A stretch of 64,000 nucleotides of DNA from Dehalococcoidia bacterium (GTDB lineage Bacteria > Chloroflexota > Dehalococcoidia > Bin125). Position 1 is the first letter of the stretch, and each line of letters begins with the position of its first letter. The translations under genes were made by a program, and so were the position numbers. The stretch covers positions 128,001 through 192,000 of the forward strand of contig CAXXNO010000006.1 of NCBI GenBank assembly GCA_963663235.2, written 5' to 3'. Under the pieces are notes generated by a model. The model saw only the letters and a list, made by a program, of their open reading frames with translations, did no database searches and was not told the origin of the DNA. This document shows positions 27,876-37,780 of this stretch, piece after piece.

Positions 27876-29839
27876 TCAGCCCACGGCGATGGTCCGCTGC
27901 CCCACCGACACGACCCAGAGGAAGTCCCCCGGCGCGAGCGCGAAGTTCACCGTGCCCAGGGGGGGATGAACGCCGTCCAGCTCAGTCCGAAGGGGTCCCA
28001 CAGCCAGGCGATCTTCACCGTCGCGAACACATCCGCAGCCAGCGCCGTACCGAACTGCCAGAACACGAACTGGCCGCCGTCCCTGAGCATCAACTCACCA
28101 ACGGGAGGCTCCTCCTCCTCGGGCATCATCTCGTCGTCGGCCTTGCCGAGCAGGTCGCTGCCGTCGCAGTCCTGATCGATGCCGTCGTCCGCCACCTCGG
28201 GCGCGCCGGGGAAGATGGTGGGGTCGGTGTCGTCGCAGTCCGTGCCGCCCGCGGCGATGGAGTCGAAGCCGTCGCCGTCGGCGGCCGCGACATCATCGAA
28301 GCCGTCGCCGTCTGCGTCCGCGTCCTGGAACTCGACGGCACCGATGTCGGTCAGGCCGACGCGGGGGAGGCCGCGCTGGTCGGTGGGGGGCGCGCCCACG
28401 TCGTCGCCGGCGTTGATGGCGGGGCTGCCTGGGAGCAGCGCGTGCGTCTGGGTGGGGCCGCCGTTGGCGGCCAGCAGGCCGAGGAGCGGGTCGGTTGCGG
28501 GCAGGTCACCGCCAGCTCCCAGGTTGCAAGTGCCATCGGAATCGATGTTGTTGCCGAGGGAGACGAGGGGGCCGTCGCAGTCATCGGGACCGTTGGCCGC
28601 CACGATGGTGTTCTTCAGGGTGGCGCTGTTGCCGCTGTGCCGGATGCCGCCGGCTACAGCGGCGTTGTTGCCGGCGATGGTGCTGTTGACGACCGTTAGC
28701 GCGCCGCCGCCGGTGTTGAAGATGCCGCCGACGCCGACCACCGCGGTGTTGCCACTCACCGTGCTGCTGGTGAGCGTCAGCATGCCTCCAGCATTGGAGA
28801 CGCCGGCGCCGACAACGGCAGCGGTATTGCCGCTCACGGTGCTGTTGGTGAGCGTGGCGATGCCGTCGTCGTTGAAGACGCCGCCACCATCGGAGCCCGC
28901 ATTGTTGTTGCCGACTGTGCTGTTGGTGAGTGTGGCGATGCCGTCAACGTTCCAGATGCCCCCGCCATCGGAGGGTGTCGCCGTGTTGAAGCCGACCGTG
29001 CTGTTGGTGAGCGTCAGCGAGGCAGCGCCGCCGGTGCTGGCGATGCCGCCTCCGGCGTTGGCTGTGTTGTTCGTGACGCTGGTGTCTGTCAGCGTCAACG
29101 CGCCGGCGTTGAAGATGCCACCGCCCTCATCGGTGGCGGTGTTTCCGCTGATGGTACTGGCCGCCAGGGCCGCCGACGCGGCGGGCAAGAAGAAGGGGAA
29201 ACCGGTGGCGGCGGAGATGGCGATTGCGCCGCCGTCCATGGCGGTGTTTCCGCTCAGCGTCGAGCGGGTCAGCGACAGGGAGCCGCCCGCGACGTTAATG
29301 GCGCCGCCAGAGCTTCCGGCGGCGTTGCCGTCGACGATGGTGACGCCCGAGATGTTGAGCGTTGCGCTGAAGAGCACGTGGAAGACACGGTCGATGCCGC
29401 CGCCGTCGATGACGGCGGGAGAGTCGAGGAAGTCGGCGGTGATGGTGAGGCTGTTGCCGGCGTCGGTGATGTCGAGGTCGCCGGTCATGGCGGCGTTCTC
29501 GTTGGCCCCGGCGAGGGTGAGGATGTAGTTACCGGGGGGCAGAGTGATGGTGTCGTCGCCGTCGAGGGCGTTGGCCTCCATGATCGCGGCGCGCAGCGTG
29601 CAGCCCGGCAGGCCGGCCGAGCAGATGCCGTCGCCCGGGCTAAAGTCCACCCCGTCAGACCCCGTCGTGACCGTGAAGTTTGCGCCGTGGGCGGTATCCG
29701 AGGTGAGCAGGAGGGTGAGCGAGGCCGCGAGCGTCGCCACGACGACGACGATAGCGACCAAGAAGGAGGACGCGGGGAGGGGGCGACGGCGCCGAGCGGC
29801 AGTGCGGATGAGGTTCAGCAGGTGAGCGTCGAGGCGCAT
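27876..29839 (-). CDS. Paralogous CSLREA / beta-helix secreted protein with one C-terminal DGGQF-type module; -1 frameshift in the G7 tract at 27959-27965
   Basis: N-terminus nearly identical to the neighbour; adding one base restores PLGTVNFALAPGDFLWVVSVGQRTIAVG*, homologous to the M43 protein module. Confidence 0.85.
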
Positions 29840-29935
29840 GGGGGCGCTCCTCTGGAAAGGACGCGGCGGCGTCGCGGGCGAAGTCGGAGGCTATGGGCTG
29901 GCTGGTAGGTGGTCAACGGCATGGGCGGGCGCCGC

Positions 29936-30922
29936 TTAGGCCGGGAGCGGGCGGAGGGGGAGATCGAGGACGGTGAGGAGACCACGGGGGGCGGACGGGA
30001 CGACGCGAGCAGCGCCGAGAATGGTGGCGGCGGTGGCGTCGTCGCCGAAGACGCCGCCCTCGATGCGAAGGCGCAGGGGCGGGGTGCCGTCGACGTCGAT
30101 GAGGTCGTAGTCGGCGTCGACGCCGGCGTGGGCCTCGAAGTGGAAGCGCACGCTGCGGCCGTCGGACGTGGCACCGCTGAGGGTCTGGCGGGTGCCGAGC
30201 ACGGGGCCGATGGGGTCGTCGGGCGGCACGGGCTCGAGCGTTTCGCGCCAGTCGTCGATGCGCCAGTCGAGAGCGGCGGCGATCAAGCGGGCGCTCTCCT
30301 GGAGGCCCACGTGGCCGAAGGCGCCGCTCTCGGCGAGGCGGTCGTACTCATCGCGGGGGAGGTTCATGCCCACCTTGCGTTGAAACTGCACGCGGCGGGT
30401 TTTGGGGTTCTGCACGCGCTCCACGGTGACCGAGCGGATGGAGTGCGCGGCCTGCGCCAGCATGACCGCCAGCCGGTCCATGACGAAGCCGGGGTTGACG
30501 CCCGTGCCGACAAGCGTGCGCTCCGCCGATCGCGCTGTGTCGTGGAGGCGACTGCTGAGCTCCGGGTGGCGGGCGAAGGGGTAGGCGAGCTCCTCACAGG
30601 TGGAGACGACGTGGAGGCGGAGTCGCAGGGCCTGATCGAGTTGCGGGGCGACGCGATCGAGGTAGGAGCCGGTCGCGTGGAGGAGGACGGGGGAGGCGGA
30701 ATCGGGGAGGGCGGCCGCATCAAGCGCTTCGGCTAGGGTGTCGCGCACGGTGATGCCGCCTGTCGCGCCAGAGACGACCTGGGCGAGATCACGGCCGACG
30801 ATGGAACCGGCGACATCGACTGCGCCCACGAGGCGGAAGGCGGGGTGTGCCTGGGCGGCGAGGAGGATCTTTGCGCCGATGGGGCCGAGGCCCTGTACGA
30901 GCGTGGGAATCGGGTCCGGCAT
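29936..30922 (-). CDS. NAD(P)-dependent amine dehydrogenase / dihydrodipicolinate reductase-like (2,4-diaminopentanoate dehydrogenase family)
   Basis: GLGPIG, VVSTCEELAYP, GTGVNPGFVMD, GHVGL.ES and GG..GD.AT. Confidence 0.85.
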   Translation of the reverse strand: MPDPIPTLVQGLGPIGAKILLAAQAHPAFRLVGAVDVAGSIVGRDLAQVVSGATGGITVRDTLAEALDAAALPDSASPVLLHATGSYLDRVAPQLDQALRLRLHVVSTCEELAYPFARHPELSSRLHDTARSAERTLVGTGVNPGFVMDRLAVMLAQAAHSIRSVTVERVQNPKTRRVQFQRKVGMNLPRDEYDRLAESGAFGHVGLQESARLIAAALDWRIDDWRETLEPVPPDDPIGPVLGTRQTLSGATSDGRSVRFHFEAHAGVDADYDLIDVDGTPPLRLRIEGGVFGDDATAATILGAARVVPSAPRGLLTVLDLPLRPLPA

Positions 30923-30925
30923 GGC

Positions 30926-31252
30926 CTACTTGAGCGGCGAGAAGTCGGTGGGCTTGAGGAAGCGGTTGGTGATGACGCTCGTGAGCAGACCATCGACCTC
31001 GGATTGGGCCTTGGCGCGCTGCCAGTCCGGGTCGGCCAAGAAGGCGGCGAAGGCGCGGTCGCGGTGGGCGGCGTCGTCGAAGACGAGCATGTAGACGAGC
31101 TCGTCGCTGCGGCCGCCGACGTGGTTGAGCCAGTAGCCGACTTCGGTGATGCCGTGCTTCTTGAAGAGGGCGGAGGTGTGGTCGCGGAAGCGGGCGAGGA
31201 GGGCGTCGAGCTTGCCGGGTGCGGCTTGGTAGATGCGGAGTTCGTAGATCAT
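30926..31252 (-). CDS. NIPSNAP family protein
   Basis: IYELRIY...PGK, LF.KHGI..VGYW, F.ADPDW and L.PTDFSPLK. Confidence 0.95.
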   Translation of the reverse strand: MIYELRIYQAAPGKLDALLARFRDHTSALFKKHGITEVGYWLNHVGGRSDELVYMLVFDDAAHRDRAFAAFLADPDWQRAKAQSEVDGLLTSVITNRFLKPTDFSPLK

Positions 31253-31324
31253 CGGGATGCGCAGGCCCCTTCCCATGCGGCGTCGAACGGGATGCGTCGT
31301 CGAGACGACGAGTCGCCGGGCATG

Positions 31325-32716
31325 TTAGCGCACGGCGGAGCCAACGGGTGCGGGGGCGTCCGCGTAGGCGTCGCCTTCGGCGAGGGCGTAGGAGGCATCG
31401 AGGAGCTGGATGGCGTGGAGGGAGCGGCGGGGCTCACCGTCCGCGTCGTCCGCCGGAGGTGCGCCGAAGAGGCGGAGGCCGGCGTCCAGTTGGACCATGC
31501 AGCCCGGGTTGGCGGTGCAGACGAGGTCGGCGCCGGTGGCGTTGACATCGTCCATCTTGGTGCGGAGGAGGCGCCGGGCGAGGTCACGCTGGACCACGGA
31601 ATAGATGCCGGCGCTGCCACAGCATCGGTCGGGGTTTGCCATCTCCCGCAACTCGAGGCCGGGGATGCGGCGCAGGATCTCGCGCGGCGCGTCCGTGACC
31701 TGCTGGGCGTGCACCAAGTGGCAGGAGTCTTGGTAGGTGACCGAGCAGTGAAGCGCGCCCTGGGGCGAGTCGAAGCCGATCTCGACCAGGTACTCGTGCA
31801 CGTCCTTGACCAGCGCGGCGAAGCGCTCCGCCTTCTCGGCGTAGGCGGCGTCGTTGCGGAGGAGGTGGGCGTACTCCTTCATGTGCGAGCCGCAGCCGGC
31901 GGAGTTGATGATGATGGCGTCCGGGTTCAAGGGGAGGAAGCGGTCGATGTCGACGCGGGCGAGACGGCGGGCGGCTTCGGCGTCGCCGCTGTGGGCGTGA
32001 AGCGCGCCGCAGCAGACCTGGTCCTTTGGAGCCAGCACCTGCACGCCGTTGCGGGCCAAGACGCGGACCGTGGCGTGATGGGTCTCGCCGAAGGTGAGAG
32101 GCATCACGCAGCCGGTGAGCAGGGCGACGCGAGCACGCGGCTGCCCGCGCGGAGCGTAGCGCTCGACATCGGCGGGCATGAAGAAGGGCCGGGTGAAGTC
32201 CGGGGAGAGGTCATCCAGGCCGGCGAGCGCAGGGGCGAAGCGCCGCAGCAGGCCGGAGTTGCGGAGCGCGTCGCGGAGGCCGCTGCGCTGGACCACGCGC
32301 ATACCGATCGCCAGGGCGCGGAGCCGTTCCGGGTAAGGGAACACGCCGTGCATGATGAGGCGCCAGAGGAAGCTCTGCGCGGGTGCGCTTCGATCCTGCT
32401 GGAAGAGGTCGGCGCGCGTGCTCTCCATGAGGCGGCCGAAGGGCACGTGCGAAGGGCAAGCGGTCTCGCAAGCGCGACACTGAAGGCAGCGGTCGAAGTG
32501 GAGCTGGACGCGGGGGGTGAGGTCGACGCGGCCCTCGTCGAGGGCGCGCATGAGGTAGAGGCGGCCTCGGGGGGACTCGGTCTCGACGCCGAGCTCCAAG
32601 TAGGTCGGGCACTCGTTGAGGCAGAAGCCACAGTGGACGCAGAGAGCCAGCTCGCCGCTGTCGGGCTTATCCGGCCCGACGAAGCGGCTGAGCGCCTCGG
32701 TTCGGGTCGCATCCAT
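31325..32716 (-). CDS. glcF: Glycolate oxidase iron-sulfur subunit
   Basis: CVHCGFCL..CPTY, CLQCRACETACPS and two CCG domains. Confidence 0.92.
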   Translation of the reverse strand: MDATRTEALSRFVGPDKPDSGELALCVHCGFCLNECPTYLELGVETESPRGRLYLMRALDEGRVDLTPRVQLHFDRCLQCRACETACPSHVPFGRLMESTRADLFQQDRSAPAQSFLWRLIMHGVFPYPERLRALAIGMRVVQRSGLRDALRNSGLLRRFAPALAGLDDLSPDFTRPFFMPADVERYAPRGQPRARVALLTGCVMPLTFGETHHATVRVLARNGVQVLAPKDQVCCGALHAHSGDAEAARRLARVDIDRFLPLNPDAIIINSAGCGSHMKEYAHLLRNDAAYAEKAERFAALVKDVHEYLVEIGFDSPQGALHCSVTYQDSCHLVHAQQVTDAPREILRRIPGLELREMANPDRCCGSAGIYSVVQRDLARRLLRTKMDDVNATGADLVCTANPGCMVQLDAGLRLFGAPPADDADGEPRRSLHAIQLLDASYALAEGDAYADAPAPVGSAVR

Positions 32717-32718
32717 CT

Positions 32719-34047
32719 TCAGATGCCCCCCACGAAGCGGCCGGGGCTGAGCGTGCGTTTGGGGTCGAACTCGTGCTTGAGGCGGCGCATGATGGCGAGG
32801 CCATCACCGGCCGGTCCCCAGACGTCGATCGCCGCCTTTTGCGGAAGCGGCGCCCACTCGACCACCAGGGAGCCGCCCAAGGCCTCGATCCCGTTGCGCG
32901 CCGTGTCCACGATGGGGGCGAGGAGCGAGGGCGTGGGGGCAGCGAGGTGGGCGAAGAGCAGGCCAGAGTCGGCGTAGGCCCAGAGGCGCGCCTGGTCCGT
33001 GGCGCTGCGGAGAGCGGCCACGGCGTCCGGGAGTCGCGCGGGCAGGACGGCGCAGCGGACCAGCAGCGCGCTTCCCCGCGGCGGCATGGCTTCGAGGTCG
33101 GTGACGCTCTGCCAGAACCCAGGCCACGAGGGCTCGGGCTGAACCGTAGCGGCGGCGAGGTCGCGGGCCTGCCCCAGCACCGCCTCTACGGCGCGCTCGA
33201 CCCCTGCACTGCGCAGGAGGAGGAGCGGGCCCTCCCGGCCGAGTGCGCGCGCGGATTCGGCATCGAGGACAACGACGGCGTGCAGGCCGTCGACGCCGGA
33301 GGCGAGGCGCCGGGCCAATCGCAGGGCGTCGTCGAAATCGGAGACGGGCAGGGCCAGAGTCGCGTCCGCGTGCGGCAGGGGACGCAGCTTGAACGTGGCC
33401 TCCACGATGCAGCCCAGCGAGCCGAAGGAGCCCGCGAAGAGCTTGCAGAGGTCGTAGCCGCTGACGTTCTTCACCACGCGGCCGCCCGCGTGGATCAGCG
33501 TCCCGTCAGCCAAGACGACGGCGCAGCCGATCAGCCAGTCGCGGCCGGTCCCGTACGTCGCGCGGCGGGGGCCCGAGCGGGCGGCGGCCAGCGCGCCGCC
33601 GACGGTGGCATCGTCAGCGCGGGGGACATCGAAGGGCACGAACTGGCCGCTCTCGGCGAGCATCGCCTGCAGGCGGCCGAAGCCGACGCCGCTCTGGACG
33701 GTGACGGTGAGATCATCGGGGACGTAGTCAAGCACCTGGTCGAGGCGGCGGGTGTCGATGGCGACGTCGTAGCGCTCGGGTGCGGCGCCGATGTCGATGC
33801 TGGTGCCGCCGCCGCGCAAGACGACCGCCCGTCCGTTCTCATCGGCCTCGCGCAGGGCGGCCGCGAGCGCCTCCGTGGTGGCGGGATGGACGACGGTCTC
33901 AGGAGTGAGGCCGGCCAGCCGGCAGGCGGCGCGCGCGTCAGGGCCGGCCGCGGTCGCATCGCGGGCCGCGGTCGCATCTCTGGCTGCGGCGGCATCGCGG
34001 GCCGCGGCGGCGATCGCGTAGACATCGGGAGCGCCAGGGTTAGACAT
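32719..34047 (-). CDS. glcE: Glycolate oxidase FAD-binding subunit
   Basis: GGRVVKNVSGYDL.KLF.GSFGSLG and FDP...L.PGRF; lies between glcD and glcF. Confidence 0.9.
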   Translation of the reverse strand: MSNPGAPDVYAIAAAARDAAAARDATAARDATAAGPDARAACRLAGLTPETVVHPATTEALAAALREADENGRAVVLRGGGTSIDIGAAPERYDVAIDTRRLDQVLDYVPDDLTVTVQSGVGFGRLQAMLAESGQFVPFDVPRADDATVGGALAAARSGPRRATYGTGRDWLIGCAVVLADGTLIHAGGRVVKNVSGYDLCKLFAGSFGSLGCIVEATFKLRPLPHADATLALPVSDFDDALRLARRLASGVDGLHAVVVLDAESARALGREGPLLLLRSAGVERAVEAVLGQARDLAAATVQPEPSWPGFWQSVTDLEAMPPRGSALLVRCAVLPARLPDAVAALRSATDQARLWAYADSGLLFAHLAAPTPSLLAPIVDTARNGIEALGGSLVVEWAPLPQKAAIDVWGPAGDGLAIMRRLKHEFDPKRTLSPGRFVGGI

Positions 34048-35491
34048 ACGCGTCCGAGCCGAAGCGCGCGATGATCTTCTGCGCCTGCGGCCCCGCCTCG
34101 CCGCAGCCGTGGCCGGTGGCGAAGATCTTGCAGGGGTTGAAGTTCTCATCGGAGGCGAATGCGCCCTTGAGCTTCATCATGGCGGCGATGTCGTCGTCGC
34201 TGAAGATCCAGGGCAGGTAGGAGCGCTTCTCCAGTCCGACGCCGTGCTCGCCGGTGATGGCGCCGCCGGCATCGACGCAGAGGCGCATGATCTCGCCGCC
34301 GGCGTCGAGGACGCGTTCGCCCATGCCGGGGATGCGCTCGTCGAAGAGGATGCAGGGGTGAAGGTTGCCGTCGCCGGCGTGGAAGACGTTGGCCACCTGG
34401 AGGTCGTAGCGATCGATGATGCGGTAGACCTCGTCCAGGACGTCGGGGAGTTTCGTGCGGGGCACGACGCCATCCAGGATGTAGTAGTTGGGCTGAATGT
34501 GGCCGAGGGCGCTGATTGCGCCCTTGCGCCCGGCCCAGAGCTTCTCCCGCTCCGCAGTCTCCGTGGCGACGCGGATCTCGCGGGGCTCGAAGCTGCGGAG
34601 AATCTGCTCGACGGTGTCGCCCTCGGCCTCGACCTGGAGCGCGGGGCCGTCGACTTCGACGATCAGGACCGCCTCGGCATCGAGGGGGAAGCCGGTGTGG
34701 AGCACGGGCTCGACCGCGGCGATGGTGAGGCGGTCGATCATCTCCAGCGCGGCCGGGATGATGCCCGCCTTGACGATGGCGCTGACGGTGGAGCTGGCCT
34801 GGCGCACGGAATCGAAGATGGCCAGGAATGTGCGCACGGCCTGCGGCTCGGGCATCAACCTGACGCGGACCTTGGTCACCACGCCCAGCGTTCCCTCGCT
34901 GCCGACGACACAGCCGACCAAGTCGTAGCCGGGGCGCTCGCGGTCGGCGCCGCCGATCCACTGCACTGCGCCGTCCGGCGTGACCACCTCCAGTCCCAGC
35001 ACGTGGTTGGTGGTAGCGCCGTAGGCCAAGCAGTGCGGGCCGCCGGCGTTTTCCGCGACGTTGCCGCCGATGGTGCAGACCTTCTGACTGCTGGGGTCCG
35101 GCATGTAGACCAAGCCGTGCGGGAGAGCAGCGACCGTGAGGTCCATGTTGACGACCCCCGGCTCCACCAAAGCGGTGCGATTCTCCGGATCGATCTCGAG
35201 GATGCGGCGCATGCGGTTGAGCGAGAGCAGCACCCCGCCCTTGACCGCCAGCGCGCCGCCGCTCAGACCCGTGCCCGCGCCGCGCGGCGTGATGGGAACG
35301 CCGTAGCGGTTGGCGATGCGGATCGTCTCGGCGACCTGGTCTACGCCATCCGGGAAAGCGACCGCGTCCGGGTAGCCGCGGTCGAAGGTGCCGTCGTACT
35401 CGTAGACCAGGAGGTCCTCAGGGGCCCAGACGACGGCGTCGTGTCCCAGCGCCTGCTCCAAGTCGCGAACGAGGGGCGTCCGGGTAGGCAT
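34040..35491 (-). CDS. glcD: Glycolate oxidase FAD-linked subunit
   Basis: PRGAGTGLSGG, PDPSSQ..CTIGGNVAENAGG.HC, HAGDGNLHP and GEHGVG.EK. Confidence 0.93.
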   Translation of the reverse strand: MPTRTPLVRDLEQALGHDAVVWAPEDLLVYEYDGTFDRGYPDAVAFPDGVDQVAETIRIANRYGVPITPRGAGTGLSGGALAVKGGVLLSLNRMRRILEIDPENRTALVEPGVVNMDLTVAALPHGLVYMPDPSSQKVCTIGGNVAENAGGPHCLAYGATTNHVLGLEVVTPDGAVQWIGGADRERPGYDLVGCVVGSEGTLGVVTKVRVRLMPEPQAVRTFLAIFDSVRQASSTVSAIVKAGIIPAALEMIDRLTIAAVEPVLHTGFPLDAEAVLIVEVDGPALQVEAEGDTVEQILRSFEPREIRVATETAEREKLWAGRKGAISALGHIQPNYYILDGVVPRTKLPDVLDEVYRIIDRYDLQVANVFHAGDGNLHPCILFDERIPGMGERVLDAGGEIMRLCVDAGGAITGEHGVGLEKRSYLPWIFSDDDIAAMMKLKGAFASDENFNPCKIFATGHGCGEAGPQAQKIIARFGSDAYV

Positions 35492-35562
35492 CGGTGGTTG
35501 ATCCCCTTGCATGAGGGTGACGGTCAGGGCGACCGTCGCGACTGGGGGCATGATAGCAACTG

Positions 35563-35590
35563 TTGAAAGTAGCGCCGCTGCTCATATACT
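35563..35590 (+). promoter_or_regulatory. Sigma70-like promoter of bioY
   Basis: TTGAAA-N16-TATACT. Confidence 0.55.
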
Positions 35591-35697
35591 CGCGCGGTGC
35601 TCTCGTTTGTGAGCGAGGGCCCTGCGTTCGTCGTTCAACAGGCGTAGGACGAACGGGACGGGACCGTGGGCGCACGGGTCTTCCGAGAGGAATCACC

Positions 35698-36360
35698 TTG
35701 ACTGTTATCGCACTCCCCCGAGCAGGCAATTGGCGCGCGCTGATCCCGCCGAAGCAGCCCGTACTCGCGGACCTGGCGCCGGCGTACCCGAACGCGCTGG
35801 TGCGGGACGTGGTGCTGATGGTGGCAGCGAGCCTGCTGATGGCGGCGGTGTCGCAGGCGTCGTTCGCCGTGCCGTTCTCCGCGGACCGCACGGGCCAGCT
35901 GGTCCCGATCACGGGCCAGACGTTCGGCGTGCTGGTGATCGGGGTGTCGCTGGGGAGCCGGCGGGCGGCAGGGGGCGTCCTGCTCTACCTGGCGTGGGGC
36001 TGGGCGAATGCCCCGTTCTTCGCGGGGGGCGGATCGGGGCTCACGGCCCTGTACCTGGGAGCCTCGTCCGGCTACTTGTGGGGATTCGTCGTCGGAGCGT
36101 TCGCCGTGGGGTGGCTGTCGGAGCACGGCTTCGACCGGGGGCCGTGGCTGGTGACAGCGATGCTGGTGGGGAACGCGCTGATCTACGTGGGGGGGCTGCC
36201 GGTGCTGGCGCTGTGGATCGGCAACAGCGGTCTGGATCTGAGCGTGTGGGACGCGGGTCTCTGGCCGTTCATCCCCGGGGACATGACGAAATTGATTGCG
36301 GCGGCGATGGTGGTGCCGCTCGTCTGGACAGCAGTGCGCCGATTCCGGCCCGGCGACTAG
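35698..36360 (+). CDS. bioY: Biotin ECF transporter S component
   Basis: VPITGQTFGVL..G..LG, YL..G...PFFAGG, GYLWGF and PFIPGD..K; TTG start after a GAGAGG SD. Confidence 0.92.
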   Translation: MTVIALPRAGNWRALIPPKQPVLADLAPAYPNALVRDVVLMVAASLLMAAVSQASFAVPFSADRTGQLVPITGQTFGVLVIGVSLGSRRAAGGVLLYLAWGWANAPFFAGGGSGLTALYLGASSGYLWGFVVGAFAVGWLSEHGFDRGPWLVTAMLVGNALIYVGGLPVLALWIGNSGLDLSVWDAGLWPFIPGDMTKLIAAAMVVPLVWTAVRRFRPGD

Positions 36361-36848
36361 CCCCGCCGGGCCGCCTGGGCCGCCTCCTGGATCAACACAA
36401 AGGCCCGCTCCACGGTGCGGCGCTTGTTGCCCTCGCGATCGCCGTCCCAGACGTGGCGCTCGGCGACGGAGCGGTCGCCGGGGCCGACGCAGGCGATCCA
36501 GACGGTACCGACGGGATGGTCCGTCGATCCGCCGGTGGGGCCGGTGATGCCGGTCTCGGCGAGGGCGATATCGCTCTGGAGGGCGTCGCGGGCGCCGCGG
36601 GCCATGGCGAGGGCGGCCTCTTCGCTGACGGAGCCGTGCCGTTCGAGGGTGGCGGCGGGAACGTGGAGGAGCCGCCGCTTGGGCGCGTTGTGATAGGGCG
36701 TTGCGCCGCCGAGGAAGACGCGGCTGCAGCCGGGGACATCCGTGAACCAACTGCCGATGAGGCCGCCGGTGTCGGTCTCGGCGAGGGCCAGCGTCAGGCC
36801 TCGCGCCGCCAGGAGATCGACGGTGGCGGCGGCGAGATCGTGCGGCAC
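36357..36848 (-). CDS. CinA C-terminal domain / NMN deamidase (PncC-like)
   Basis: LALAETDTGGLI, GSVSEE.A.AMA.GA, TGITGPTGG...PVGTVW; the usual AESCTGG reads AETDTGG here. Confidence 0.9.
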   Translation of the reverse strand: MPHDLAAATVDLLAARGLTLALAETDTGGLIGSWFTDVPGCSRVFLGGATPYHNAPKRRLLHVPAATLERHGSVSEEAALAMARGARDALQSDIALAETGITGPTGGSTDHPVGTVWIACVGPGDRSVAERHVWDGDREGNKRRTVERAFVLIQEAAQAARRG

Positions 36849-36857
36849 GGGCCGTCG

Positions 36858-37163
36858 TTACTCGCGGCCCTCGGAGCGGTCGATGCGGAAGACGATCAAG
36901 AGCAGGCCGGTCATCAGCACGATAACGGGGCCGAGGAGGATGGCGAAGAGCATCCAGTCTTCGCTCTTCGCGTTCATCAGGCCGCCGCCGCCTTCGTCCG
37001 GGGGCGTGTTGGGGCTGACCACCTCACGGGCGACGGGCTCCGCCTCGGCGGCGGCCTCGGCGCCGGGGGTGAAGGCCACAGCGCCGCCGAGCGCGATGGC
37101 CGCGAACAGCGCCAGCGCCAGCAGTGAACGAATCAACTGTTGTCTCGATGACGTCCGGCTCAT
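36858..37163 (-). CDS. Small membrane protein (signal peptide plus C-terminal TM helix)
   Basis: Two hydrophobic segments; GGAGG SD; operon position. Confidence 0.7.
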   Translation of the reverse strand: MSRTSSRQQLIRSLLALALFAAIALGGAVAFTPGAEAAAEAEPVAREVVSPNTPPDEGGGGLMNAKSEDWMLFAILLGPVIVLMTGLLLIVFRIDRSEGRE

Positions 37164-37230
37164 GGGCGCCTCCCCGTGCTGTTGTGCCGCACCGTTCGGT
37201 CAGCGTCAAGCCCCCCCGGCGCGGGCGGGA

Positions 37231-37719
37231 TCAGGACCGGTCCTCGGCGATCAACAGAACCGGGCCGTGGAAGCGGCGCACCACCTCGCCGACGCAGCCG
37301 CCCAGAGGGGCACGTCGCAGACCGCGGCGGCCGTGTCCAGCCATGGCGATGAGGTCAACCTGGATCTCCGCGGCCAGGCGGAGGATGGTGTCGCCGGGCC
37401 GACCGGCGACGACACGGGTGTCGATCTCCAAGGGGTGCGCGTCGTCGCAGCCGGCGAGGAGGCGCGCGCGGAGATCGCTGAGGTACTCGGTGGCCGCCTC
37501 GGAGGCTCTGGCGGCGACGCGGGTGGCACCGCCCGCACGGGCCAGCAGCTCCCCCGGAGCCGAGATGCCCGCCGCCTCCGTTATGCGCTCCTCGGCGGTG
37601 GGGACGACGGTCAGAAGGGTCAGGCGCGTGTTCGCGCCGCGAGCGACCTCGATGGCGTGCGGCAGGATCGCTTCGGCCGAAGTGCTCATGTTGAGGGGGA
37701 GCAGGATGTGGCGGATCAT
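37231..37719 (-). CDS. Universal stress protein
   Basis: IRHILLPL, DLIAMAGHGRRGLRR..LG.V...VVR...PVLLI. Confidence 0.9.
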   Translation of the reverse strand: MIRHILLPLNMSTSAEAILPHAIEVARGANTRLTLLTVVPTAEERITEAAGISAPGELLARAGGATRVAARASEAATEYLSDLRARLLAGCDDAHPLEIDTRVVAGRPGDTILRLAAEIQVDLIAMAGHGRRGLRRAPLGGCVGEVVRRFHGPVLLIAEDRS

Positions 37720-37780
37720 GGCACCTGGATCCAGTTTAGTGCGTTCGCGCAGACAACGGTGATCCGAGCGGCCGTGCCGG

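Noticed and set aside
25962-29528. Long plus-strand ORFs (25962-27857, 28179-29528) and similar ones such as 30845-32977 and 46103-48907
   Set aside because: Antisense shadows of real minus-strand genes, expected at this GC content
33945-34020. 18-bp coding repeat (AARDAT-like) at the GlcE N-terminus
   Set aside because: Low-complexity in-frame linker expansion with no evident function
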